Position numbers and translations under genes: made by a program
Notes under the pieces: generated by a model
Told to the model about the DNA's origin: nothing
Databases searched by the model: none
Seen by the model: only the letters and a program-made list of their open reading frames with translations
Assembly (NCBI GenBank): GCA_963704755.1
Contig: OY969938.1
Coordinates: 4,500,001-4,532,000 of the forward strand
Source: an uncultured Chloroflexia bacterium
GTDB taxonomy: Bacteria > Chloroflexota > Anaerolineae > Anaerolineales > Anaerolineaceae
Length of the DNA stretch: 32,000 bases
Reading direction: 5' to 3'
Shown: positions 15,870-25,009 of the stretch, one piece after another
Numbering within the stretch: the stretch's first letter is position 1
Layout of the letters: each line of letters starts with the position of its first letter

Positions 15870-17291
15870 TTGCTCACTTTTGCCGACGTTCTAGAAGCCT
15901 TAACAGGCACCCGCCCCGAAGCCGCCTCGCTGTTCATCAGTGAGGCTGCCATCGATTCGCGTCAGGTCATCCCGGCCGGGATGTTCGTGGCGCTGCGAGG
16001 CGAAAAGACGGACGGGCACCAATTCGTCGGTCAGGCTTTCGAGCGCGGCGCCCAGATCGCGTTGGTGGAACGCGAACCGGACGTGCGCTGCCCGGTCATC
16101 GATTTACGGGGTGGAACGATCTCCTCGGACATGACCATCCCTATCCCGCCGTTTTGTTTGCGGGTGGACGACAGCCTCAAAGCGCTGCAAACCATTGCTG
16201 CCTATTGGCGACGGCATCACAACCTGCGGGTGATCGGTGTGACCGGTTCGGTGGGTAAATCCACCACCAAAGAGCTGGTGGCAGAAGTCTTAGGCCAGCG
16301 GTACCGTGTGCTGAAGAACCTGGGTAACCTGAACAACGAAATCGGATTACCCCTGACTCTGCTGCGGCTCAGCCCGGGTCACCAGGTAGCGGTTCTAGAG
16401 ATGGGTTTCTACGTGCCTGGTGAAATTGCATTCTTGTGTGATATCGCCCGGCCGCAAGTCGGTGTGGTCACCAATATCGGCACGGTACATGCCGAACGAG
16501 CCGGCTCGCAAGAGACGATCGCAGCCGGAAAATCCGAACTGGTCCAGGCTTTGCCGGCAGCTCCGGATGGCGTGGCTATCTTGAATTACGACGACCCATA
16601 TGTAATTGCTATGGCGGATAAGACGCGCGCGCACGTGTTCACCTACGGGCTGGACCCACAGGCGGACCTGTGGGCGGACGATATCGAGGGCATGGGCCTG
16701 AAAGGGATCCGCTTCCGCATTCACTTCCGCAAAGAAACGCTCAACCTGCGGGTTCCGATGATCGGCCGCCATTCGGTCCACACCGTTTTGCGGGCAACCG
16801 CGGTCGGGTTGGTGGAGGGGCTGGCCTGGCAGGAGATCATCAACGGATTGCAGCACAGCCGCTCGCAGTTGCGCATGGTGGCCGTCCATACCGAGAACGG
16901 TGCACTGATCCTGGACGATTCGTACAACGCTTCACCGGAATCGACGATGGCAGCGCTGAATTTACTGGAGGAAATGGACGGGCGCAAGATCGCCGTCCTG
17001 GGTGACATGCTGGAGTTGGGACAATACGAAAAACAAGGTCATAACCTGGTGGGCGTTCGCGCTGCTGAGGTAGCCGATCGCTTGATCACGGTGGGCGCCC
17101 TGGGAAAACAGATTGGCGAAGCTGCCAGGAACGCCGGGCTTTCATCTCGCAAAATTTTCGAAGTTGACGATGCCGTCCAGGCCACTGAAGTTTTACACGA
17201 CCTGCTTCAAGATGGCGATGTAGCCCTGGTGAAGGGTTCGCATGGGTTACGCATGGACCGGATCGTGGCGGCCCTGGAGGTACAGGAATGA
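15870..17291 (+). CDS. murF: UDP-N-acetylmuramoyl-tripeptide--D-alanyl-D-alanine ligase
   Basis: GVTGSVGKSTTKE P-loop. DDSYNASPES motif is typical of MurF rather than MurE (no DNPR). TTG start with GAGG 5 nt upstream. Confidence 0.88.
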   Translation: MLTFADVLEALTGTRPEAASLFISEAAIDSRQVIPAGMFVALRGEKTDGHQFVGQAFERGAQIALVEREPDVRCPVIDLRGGTISSDMTIPIPPFCLRVDDSLKALQTIAAYWRRHHNLRVIGVTGSVGKSTTKELVAEVLGQRYRVLKNLGNLNNEIGLPLTLLRLSPGHQVAVLEMGFYVPGEIAFLCDIARPQVGVVTNIGTVHAERAGSQETIAAGKSELVQALPAAPDGVAILNYDDPYVIAMADKTRAHVFTYGLDPQADLWADDIEGMGLKGIRFRIHFRKETLNLRVPMIGRHSVHTVLRATAVGLVEGLAWQEIINGLQHSRSQLRMVAVHTENGALILDDSYNASPESTMAALNLLEEMDGRKIAVLGDMLELGQYEKQGHNLVGVRAAEVADRLITVGALGKQIGEAARNAGLSSRKIFEVDDAVQATEVLHDLLQDGDVALVKGSHGLRMDRIVAALEVQE

Positions 17292-18280
17292 AAGAGACAT
17301 CCCTGGCGTTGGCTCTGAGTGGTTTGAGCTTTATGCTGGCCATTATTTGGGGGTCGCCCCTGCTGCGCATCCTGCGTCACTTGCGCATGGGCAAAATCAT
17401 CCGCGTGGACGGGCCTGAACGGCATTTCACCAAGATGGGCACGCCCACCATGGGTGGTGTGATGATCATCGTACCGGTGGCGCTGTTGACGGTGATGCTG
17501 AACGCAGCGTCATTGCTGGGTGTGTCGGTGTTGGGCCGCTCGGTGCTGCTGCCGCTGCTGGTTCTGTTCGCTTACGCTTTGCTGGGCGCGGTGGACGATT
17601 GGGAAGGGATCCGCGGACCCCGGCGTGGATTGGGAATGCCGGCCCGGACCAAGTTTATCGTCCAACTGGTCCTTGCGCTGCTGATTGCCTTTGCCTTGAA
17701 ATATCTATTGGGTGTGCCAGAAATGTACTGGCCGGGTTTCGACCAGCCCATTTCACTGGGCAACCTGTACATCCCGATCGCCGCTTTTATCATCGTGGGC
17801 ATGTCCAACGCGGTCAACCTGACCGATGGGCTGGATGGCTTGGCCGGACTGATCTCGGCGACGGCTTTTGCCGCTTATGGCGGGGTGGCTTTACTGCAAG
17901 GGCAGGTTTTCCTGGCTCGCTTCTGTTTTACCCTGGTTGGTGCGATTTTCGGATTTTTGTGGTTCAACGTCCACCCGGCCGAACTGATTATGGGTGACAC
18001 CGGGGCGCTTTCGTTAGGCGCCACTTTAGGTGTGGTGGCCTTGATGAGCGGCCAATGGCTGCTTTTACCGATCATTGCGATTATCCCGGTCAGCGAAGCC
18101 TTGAGCGACATTATTCAAGTGGGCTATTTCAAGCTGACCAAAGGGAAACGGGTTTTTCGGATGGCGCCGCTGCACCACCATTTCGAGTTGGGTGGCTGGA
18201 GCGAGACGCAGGTCGTCCAACGCTTCTGGCTGGTTGGACTGTTATTCGCCATGCTGGGCGTTGCATTGGCAATGGTGTAG
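17288..18280 (+). CDS. mraY: phospho-N-acetylmuramoyl-pentapeptide transferase
   Basis: GTPTMGGV, NAVNLTDGLDGLA, MGDTGALSLG, APLHHHFE. ATGA overlap with the murF stop. Confidence 0.96.
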   Translation: MKETSLALALSGLSFMLAIIWGSPLLRILRHLRMGKIIRVDGPERHFTKMGTPTMGGVMIIVPVALLTVMLNAASLLGVSVLGRSVLLPLLVLFAYALLGAVDDWEGIRGPRRGLGMPARTKFIVQLVLALLIAFALKYLLGVPEMYWPGFDQPISLGNLYIPIAAFIIVGMSNAVNLTDGLDGLAGLISATAFAAYGGVALLQGQVFLARFCFTLVGAIFGFLWFNVHPAELIMGDTGALSLGATLGVVALMSGQWLLLPIIAIIPVSEALSDIIQVGYFKLTKGKRVFRMAPLHHHFELGGWSETQVVQRFWLVGLLFAMLGVALAMV

Positions 18281-18282
18281 CT

Positions 18283-19663
18283 ATGAATTGGAGCGGTAAG
18301 CGGATTCTCATCATCGGCGCGGCCCGTCAGGGGTTGGCCTTAACGCGTTACCTGGCCGGCCAGGGCGCGCAGGTCACGCTTAACGACCGGCGGGATGAGG
18401 AAACTCTGGCGCCGGTGCGCCGGTCGCTGAGCGGCCTGGAGGTACGTTGGGTGCTGGGCAGCCATCCGCTCGAACTGCTCCAGGGGACCGACCTGGTGTG
18501 CGTGTCCGGCGGCGTGCCGTTGGAGCTGCCCCTGCTGGCCGAAGCCGCACGCCGGGGTATCCCGATTTCGAACGATACCGAAATTTTTATGCAGGCTGTG
18601 CCGGCCCGGGTGATCGGGATTACCGGTTCGGCCGGTAAAACAACCACCACTTCGCTGGCCGGCCGTATGGCCCAGGCGGTGGTCGCCGGCTCACGTAAAG
18701 TATGGGTGGGCGGCAATATCGGTAATCCGCTGGTGGACAGCCTGGATGAAATCAAGCCGGACGATCTGGTTATCCTGGAACTTTCCAGCTTTCAGTTGGA
18801 GCAGGTGAACTCGCTCTCCCCAGGTTGCTGCGGTGCTCAATATCACCCCCAACCACCTGGACCGGCATGGCACCCTGGCGGCTTACACGGCGGCGAAAGC
18901 GCACATCCTTGATTTCCAGGACCGGGATGGGATTGCGATCCTCAACCGGGATGACCCGGGCTCGTGGGGATTGCGTGACCACGTCCGAGGGGGTTTATTT
19001 AGTTTCGGGATGGAACGGCCGGATGGCGATTTCATGGGCACCTACCAGGCCGATGAACGCCTTTTCTGGAAGGCCGGCAAAGACGATTACGAGATCCTGG
19101 CCCGCGAAGACATTCTGCTGCGCGGAGATCATAACGTAATGAATGTATTGGCCGCGGCGGCGATTGTACTGGCGGCCGGTTTGCCGGCTCGAGCTGTACC
19201 CGCTGGGGTGAAAGATTTCGGCGGTGTGGCCCACCGGCTGGAGTTTGTCCGTAACTGGAAGGGCGCGGCCTGGTACAACGATTCGATCGCGACCGCACCG
19301 GAACGGACCAGCGCGGCCGTACACGCTTTCGATGAGCCGATTGTGCTGCTGTTGGGCGGCCACGATAAGAACCTGCCCTGGGAAGACCTGGCCGAATTGA
19401 TCCATCGCCGGGTTGACCACGTGGTCGTTTTCGGCGAAGCAGCCGAAATCATCCTGCGGGCTCTCGGACCGGTCGAAGAAGATCGCCGGCCGTTTTCGAT
19501 CACGCATTGCGCCGGCCTTGAGCAAGCCGTTCAGGCAGCCGCCGGCCTGGTCGAGCCCGGAGATGTGGTCCTGCTCTCACCGGGCGGTTCCAGTTTTGAT
19601 GAATTTAACGATTTCGAGGCAAGAGGGGAGGCGTTTCGCTTATGGGTGAACAGACTGTCGTAA
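18283..19663 (+). pseudogene. murD: UDP-N-acetylmuramoylalanine--D-glutamate ligase, interrupted by a +1 frameshift at the CCCC run 18818-18821
   Basis: The N-terminal part (MNWSGKRILIIGAARQGLA..., GITGSAGKTTTT, ELSSFQLEQVN) is in frame 1. The C-terminal part (QVAAVLNITPNHLDRHG... to 19663) is in frame 2, which is closed by a TGA at 18806-18808. Total length is 1381 nt, one base more than a multiple of 3. Confidence 0.85.
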
Positions 19664-20893
19664 ATCCGCGTTATTCGTCCGCTCGGGCACAAGCCAGCCC
19701 GCGCCCGCTGCGCCTGGGAATCGACGTTCCCCTGGTGCTTTCGGTCGCCTTTTTGCTGGGATTTGGCCTGTTGATGGTCTATTCGGCAAGCTGGCAGCCG
19801 TCTATGATGCTGGATAAGCCGACCGATTATTATTTTGTCAATCAATTGCGCTGGGCCGGAATAGGACTGCTGGTCGCCGCCTTTTTCATGTATGTGGATT
19901 ACCATCGCTGGCGAAAACTGGTCGTGATCATGATGGTGCTGATGCTGGCGCTGTTGGTCGTGGTGCTGATATTTGGTGAAGTACGCTATGACTTCACGCC
20001 GGACTCTGTTCAATGGATCCGTGCAGCCTTCCGAGTTGGCCAAGGTCGCGGTGATTGTGTACCTGGCCTTCTGGTTGTATGCCAAGCGAGAGAATATCAA
20101 CAAAATCAGTATCGGGCTGGTACCGATGATTACCATTTTGGGTGTGACATCCGGTTTAATTATGCTGCAGCCGGACTTGAGCGCCACAATTACAATTTTG
20201 GCCCTGGGGGGTTTAATGTTTTTCCTGGCCGGGGTCGATTTACGCCAGATCGTGTTGATTCTGGTTGCGGTGGCCCTGTTGGGCGGGTTGTTCCTGGCCG
20301 TTTCCAAGACCGGCCAGGTGCGTATGGTCCAATATATCCAGGGGCTGCAAGACCCGGTCAATGCTTCTTATCACATCAAGCGTTCGATCGAATTGATCAT
20401 CAATGGAGGAATATTTGGGGTTGGCATCGGCAAAGGCACGGCCAAGTTCGGCCTGCCGGTTTCACACACCGATTCGATCTTTGCCGTCATTGCGGAAGAG
20501 ACCGGCCTGATTGGGTCGGTAGGGGTCATTATCGCTTTCATGGTCTTCATGTGGCGTGGAATCACCATCGCCAACCGCGCACCGGACCTGGTCGGTAAAT
20601 TGTTGGCCGCCGGGCTGACGCTGTGGATCATCATGGAGGCGCTGCTGAATATGGGTGTGATGGTCAGTATCTTCCCCTTTGCCGGAAATGCGCTGCCATT
20701 CATCAGCGCAGGCGGCTCGAACCTGACCATGACTATGGCCGCGGTTGGTTTGATTCTTTCGGTTGCCAGGGTATCGAATCGCGAAAAATTCGAACAGGAA
20801 GGAAAATCAATCGGTGCGGTTGTTAATTTGCGCCGGGGGAACGGGCGGCGGCGTGTATCCCGCGCTAACCGTTCTTCAGGCATTAGGTCATGA
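19642..20893 (+). pseudogene. ftsW: SEDS-family peptidoglycan glycosyltransferase FtsW, interrupted by a +1 frameshift between 19970 and about 20025
   Basis: The N-terminal ~110 aa (LLMVYSAS..., frame 1) stop looking membrane-like after LIFGEVRY. The rest (…RRTLFNGSVQPSELAKVAVIVYLAFWL ... PFISAGGSN) is in frame 2, which is closed by a TGA at 19967-19969. Total length is 1252 nt, one base more than a multiple of 3. Confidence 0.8.
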
Positions 20894-21932
20894 TGCTGAC
20901 CCGGTCCTCTGGGTTGGCGGGGAGAATGGTATGGAAGCTGAGCTAGTCAGCCGCCAGAACATCCCTTACACCGGTATTCCTGCGGCAGGAGTGCACGGCG
21001 TGGGTTTGCGTTCTTTACCGGGCAATATCATGCGCCTGGTACGGGGACTGGCTGCTTCCCGGCGGATCTTGCAGGATTTCTCCCCTGACGTGATGCTGTT
21101 CACCGGCGGGTATGTGGCTGTGCCGATGGCTTTGATGGGTATTCGCACCCGGAGCCTGCTTTACGTTCCGGATATCGAGCCTGGGCTGGCTCTGAAGACC
21201 CTGGCGCGCTTTTCCGACCGGATTGCGGTGACGACGGGTGTCTCGCGGCGGTATTTCTCACAGCGCCGAGAAGTGGTGGAAACCGGTTATCCCACCCGGG
21301 CCGACCTGGCCCTGTGGACACGCTCACGCGGGCGCCAGGCCCTGGGATTGCAGGAGGATTTGCCGGTCCTGCTGGTGTTCGGCGGCAGTAAAGGCGCACG
21401 CTCGATTAACCGGGCGGTGATGGCCATTTTGCCCGGTCTGCTGGCGAAGATTCAGGTGGTACACATCAGCGGCCAATTGGATTGGGAGGAAGTCAAGGCC
21501 TGCCAGGCAACCCTGCCCGCTGAAATTGCCGGTCGCTATTTCCCGTATCCATACCTGCACGAAGAAATTGGGGCAGCCTTTGCCGCGGCTGACCTGGCGG
21601 TCTGCCGGGCGGGCGCCTCGACTTTGGGTGAGCTGCCCTTATTTGGCTTGCCGGCTATCCTGGTGCCTTATCCTTACGCCTGGCGCTACCAGAAAGTCAA
21701 CGCCCAATTCCTGGTCGACCATGGGGCAGCTAAATTGATCCGTGACCAGAATTTAGTGGAGGAATTGGCCCCAACGATCTCCACTATTCTTACGGACCCG
21801 GTCGCGCTGCGCCAGATGAGCGCCGCCATGAGGGGGCTTTCCCGGCCGCGGGCGGCCGAGGAAATCGCCAACCTGCTGCGTGAACTGGCCGGGCCGGCTC
21901 CTGCCGGCGGAAAAGCGAGGGTGACCGCATGA
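20814..21932 (+). CDS. murG: undecaprenyldiphospho-muramoylpentapeptide beta-N-acetylglucosaminyltransferase
   Basis: N-terminal VRLLICAGGTGGGVYPALTV glycine loop, C-terminal CRAGASTLGEL. GTG at 20814 chosen as start (AGGAAGGA upstream); the ATG at 20763 in the track adds an unlikely extension. Confidence 0.88.
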   Translation: MRLLICAGGTGGGVYPALTVLQALGHDADPVLWVGGENGMEAELVSRQNIPYTGIPAAGVHGVGLRSLPGNIMRLVRGLAASRRILQDFSPDVMLFTGGYVAVPMALMGIRTRSLLYVPDIEPGLALKTLARFSDRIAVTTGVSRRYFSQRREVVETGYPTRADLALWTRSRGRQALGLQEDLPVLLVFGGSKGARSINRAVMAILPGLLAKIQVVHISGQLDWEEVKACQATLPAEIAGRYFPYPYLHEEIGAAFAAADLAVCRAGASTLGELPLFGLPAILVPYPYAWRYQKVNAQFLVDHGAAKLIRDQNLVEELAPTISTILTDPVALRQMSAAMRGLSRPRAAEEIANLLRELAGPAPAGGKARVTA

Positions 21933-22468
21933 TCAGCATCGGTGTCGTTTTCTGGATGATGGTCATCCTGTTCGCCTTGATCGGCGGGATGCGTGGTTGG
22001 GCCCGCGAAATCCTGGTTTCATTCGCGGTCATCCTGGCGATCTTTATCCTGACCGTGCTGGAAGTATTTGTGCCCTTTGTGCGCGATACACTGCCGAAAA
22101 CATCGCCGACCTCCCTGTTCTGGCTGAAGGGCCTGATTCTGGCGGCGCTGGTGTTCTTTGGCTACCAGACTCCCAACTTCCCGCGCCTGGCCCAAAGCGG
22201 GCGTTTCGCCCGTGAGCGGCTGCAAGATATATTGTTGGGCTTTTTCCTGGGTGCGATCAACGGTTACCTGGTCTGGGGCACCTTATGGTTCTATATGAAC
22301 GAGGCCAGTTATCCCTTTGCCATCGTTTCGCCTCCGGACCCGGCTACGGCAGCCGGGCAGGCCGCCCTGCGGCTGATGCCCTTCCTGGCGCCGCACTGGT
22401 TGACCACCCCGGTGATTTATTTTGCGGTGGCAGTCGCTTTTGTCTTTGTTATGGTGGTATTTATTTGA
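21929..22468 (+). CDS. CvpA (colicin V production protein) family membrane protein
   Basis: 179 aa, about 4 TM helices. N-terminus MMVILFALIGGMRGWAREILVSFAVILAIFIL matches the CvpA-family pattern as I recall it. ATGA overlap with murG and TGATG overlap with murC. Confidence 0.6.
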   Translation: MISIGVVFWMMVILFALIGGMRGWAREILVSFAVILAIFILTVLEVFVPFVRDTLPKTSPTSLFWLKGLILAALVFFGYQTPNFPRLAQSGRFARERLQDILLGFFLGAINGYLVWGTLWFYMNEASYPFAIVSPPDPATAAGQAALRLMPFLAPHWLTTPVIYFAVAVAFVFVMVVFI

Positions 22469-23850
22469 TGAAACGCATTCATATGATCGGCATCGGTGGG
22501 ACCGGCCTCTCGGCCATTGCCACGCTCCTGGTCGAGCGCGGTTATACGGTCACGGGTTCGGATCGCACGCTATCACCCCTGGCGCGCCAGTTGGCCAGCC
22601 GGGGCGTGGAAGTGTATGCCGGTCATGACCCGGCCAACGTAAAGGGCGCCGACCTGGTTATTCGCTCATCGGCGGTCAAAGACGACAACCCCGAGGTGGT
22701 CGCGGCCAGAAACGCCGGTATTTCTGTGGTCAAGCGCCAGGAATTCCTGGGCGAACTGATGCAGGATGCCTTTGGCATCGCCGTGGCCGGAACGCATGGC
22801 AAGACCACCACCACGGCCATGTTGGCCTGGGCCCTCCATGTCCTCGGTGAAGATCCTTCCTACATTATTGGCGGGGTATCCAAAGACCTGGGCGGAAACG
22901 CCCATTCCGGGCAGGGCCGTTATTTTGTCATCGAGGCGGACGAGTACGATTACATGTTCCTGGGCTTGAACCCGCGCCTGATTGTGATTACGACAGTCGA
23001 ACACGACCACCCGGACATTTTCAATACCCCCGAGATCTATTTCAAGGCGTTCAACCAGTTTGTCCACCGCTTGAGCCAGGATGGCAGCCTGTTGGTCTGC
23101 GCGGACGACCCCGGTGCGGTGCGCGTTGGGCAAGAATCCGGGCGGGATTATTTCAGCTACGGTTTACATTCACCGGCAGATTATTCAGCGATCAACTTGC
23201 GCCCGAATGAGGTGGGCGGATACAGTTTCGAGGCGGTCTGTAGCCAGGACCACGCGAAAACCGTGCTGGCTTCGCTCGAGCTGCAGGTACCCGGTCGCCA
23301 TAATGCATCCAACGCGCTGGCGGCGCTGGCGGTTATTCACCGGCTGGGACTGCCCGTGAAGGAAGCCTGCGCGGCGCTCAACCACTTCAGCGGCACCGGC
23401 CGGCGTTTCGACGTGATCGGCGAAGCCGGCGGGGTGACGGTGATCGATGATTACGCCCACCATCCCACCGAAATTCGCGCCACGCTAGAGGCAGCCCGCA
23501 GCCGCTATCCGCAGGGGCGCATCTGGGTGGTCTGGCAGCCGCACACCTATTCGCGTACCCTGGCCTTGATGGACCAATTCGTCCAGGCTTTTGCGCTGGC
23601 CGATCGGGTGCTGGTGACCGAGGTCTACGCCGCCCGCGAGCGGGACGAGACCTTTTCGGCGAAGGACCTGGCCGCCAGGATCGAACACCCGGCCGTGCGT
23701 TTCTCGGCATCGCTGGCTGAAACGTCCGGCTACTTGCTGGGCCAACTGAAGGCGGGGGATGTTTTGCTGGTCCTTTCGGCCGGGGATGCGGACCAGGTCA
23801 GTGCAGCCGTTCTGAGCGGTTTGCAGGATAAGGAGCAGCAAAATGACTGA
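22468..23850 (+). CDS. murC: UDP-N-acetylmuramate--L-alanine ligase
   Basis: MKRIHMIGIGGTGLSAIA, AVAGTHGKTTTTAM, DDYAHHPTEI. Start at the ATG at 22468 (M62 of the track ORF). Confidence 0.94.
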   Translation: MKRIHMIGIGGTGLSAIATLLVERGYTVTGSDRTLSPLARQLASRGVEVYAGHDPANVKGADLVIRSSAVKDDNPEVVAARNAGISVVKRQEFLGELMQDAFGIAVAGTHGKTTTTAMLAWALHVLGEDPSYIIGGVSKDLGGNAHSGQGRYFVIEADEYDYMFLGLNPRLIVITTVEHDHPDIFNTPEIYFKAFNQFVHRLSQDGSLLVCADDPGAVRVGQESGRDYFSYGLHSPADYSAINLRPNEVGGYSFEAVCSQDHAKTVLASLELQVPGRHNASNALAALAVIHRLGLPVKEACAALNHFSGTGRRFDVIGEAGGVTVIDDYAHHPTEIRATLEAARSRYPQGRIWVVWQPHTYSRTLALMDQFVQAFALADRVLVTEVYAARERDETFSAKDLAARIEHPAVRFSASLAETSGYLLGQLKAGDVLLVLSAGDADQVSAAVLSGLQDKEQQND

Positions 23851-24040
23851 AAAGAACGCGACCTTCAACGCTCCTCAACGAAAAGTAACCCGGCGGCGTA
23901 AATCGCTGCCAGACGGAAACGGAAAGCCGGGCGAGACGAACTCGAACAAAGCGGATCTGCGTTTCGAACAGCAAAAACCCGAAGATCCGCAGCGCAGCGA
24001 AGTTATTTACCGCCTGATCGAAGTCATTAAATCACTCTAG
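23843..24040 (+). CDS. hypothetical small hydrophilic protein (65 aa) between murC and murB
   Basis: AGGAG (23831-23835) lies 7 nt upstream of the ATG. The ORF overlaps the murC stop by 8 nt, fills the whole murC-murB gap and ends 8 nt before murB. It has a basic/charged N-terminal part and a C-terminal amphipathic EVIYRLIEVIKSL. No family recognised. Confidence 0.45.
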   Translation: MTEKNATFNAPQRKVTRRRKSLPDGNGKPGETNSNKADLRFEQQKPEDPQRSEVIYRLIEVIKSL

Positions 24041-24048
24041 AAAGAAGA

Positions 24049-24978
24049 ATGGACACGCTTACCTTGCAATCTCTTCCTTTATTCCGCGAACTGTTCGGCG
24101 ACAGCCTGCAGGAAAACGTCTCCCTGGCCAACTATACGGCCGCCAGGGTGGGCGGGCCTGCCGATGTTCTGCTGATCGTCCATTCAGCAGCGGAATTGGA
24201 GGACGCCGTGGTGAGGCTGTGGGCCAACCAGGTTCCTTTCCTCATCCTGGGAAGCGGGGCAAACATGCTGGTCAGCGACAAGGGCGTCCGCGGGGTGGTG
24301 ATCCTCAACCGCGCCACGAAAATCCAGTTCGATGTGCAAAATGAGCAGGTAACGGTTCTGGCCGAATCTGGAGCGAATTTTGGCCTGGTCGCCCGCCAGG
24401 CAGCCGCCAAAGGCTATTCCGGGTTGGAGTGGGCTTCGACCATACCGGGCACGGTCGGCGGAGCAGTCTATGGAAACGCTGGCGCCCACGGCGGCGACAT
24501 GGCCGGTTCATTGATCCTGGCAAATATCTTGCATCGAACTATCCATCAAAAGGAGTGGTCGAGCCAGGATTTGGGGTACAGCTACCGCAGCAGCGTCCTG
24601 AAACGCGACCCACGAAGCGCTGTCATCCTGTCAGCCAAAATGAGCCTGGTTCAGGCCAACCCCGATGCGGTCAAGTCCAAGATGGAAGAATTCAGTACCT
24701 ACCGAAAACAAACCCAGCCGCCAGGAGCGAGCCTGGGGTCGATGTTTAAAAATCCTCCCGGAGATCACGCCGGCCGCTTGATCGAAAGCAGCGGGTTGAA
24801 AGGGATCCGGGTGGGAGGTGTGGAGGTCAGCCGCAAACATGGCAACTTCTTTGTTAACGATGACCGGGCAACCGCCCGCGATTACCGTGATTTAATCGAG
24901 CTGGTCCGGCGGACCGTTGCGGAGAAGCAGGGCATCCACCTGGAATTAGAGATTGAACTTATCGGTGAGTGGGATTAG
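24049..24978 (+). CDS. murB: UDP-N-acetylenolpyruvoylglucosamine reductase
   Basis: FAD-binding N-terminus ANYTAARVGGPADVLL, ILGSGANMLV, GSMFKNP, and GNFFVN near the C-terminus. Confidence 0.94.
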   Translation: MDTLTLQSLPLFRELFGDSLQENVSLANYTAARVGGPADVLLIVHSAAELEDAVVRLWANQVPFLILGSGANMLVSDKGVRGVVILNRATKIQFDVQNEQVTVLAESGANFGLVARQAAAKGYSGLEWASTIPGTVGGAVYGNAGAHGGDMAGSLILANILHRTIHQKEWSSQDLGYSYRSSVLKRDPRSAVILSAKMSLVQANPDAVKSKMEEFSTYRKQTQPPGASLGSMFKNPPGDHAGRLIESSGLKGIRVGGVEVSRKHGNFFVNDDRATARDYRDLIELVRRTVAEKQGIHLELEIELIGEWD

Positions 24979-25009
24979 CCACTTTCAAAGGGAAGGAAAG
25001 GAACCTCGT

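Noticed and set aside
18798-18823. Programmed +1 ribosomal frameshift in murD (an SD-like GGAGCAGGTG lies upstream of the CCCC run).
   Set aside because: The zero frame has no stop or hungry codon at the site. The SD spacing does not fit known +1 sites, and ftsW has a similar defect without any such context. An indel is the simpler explanation.
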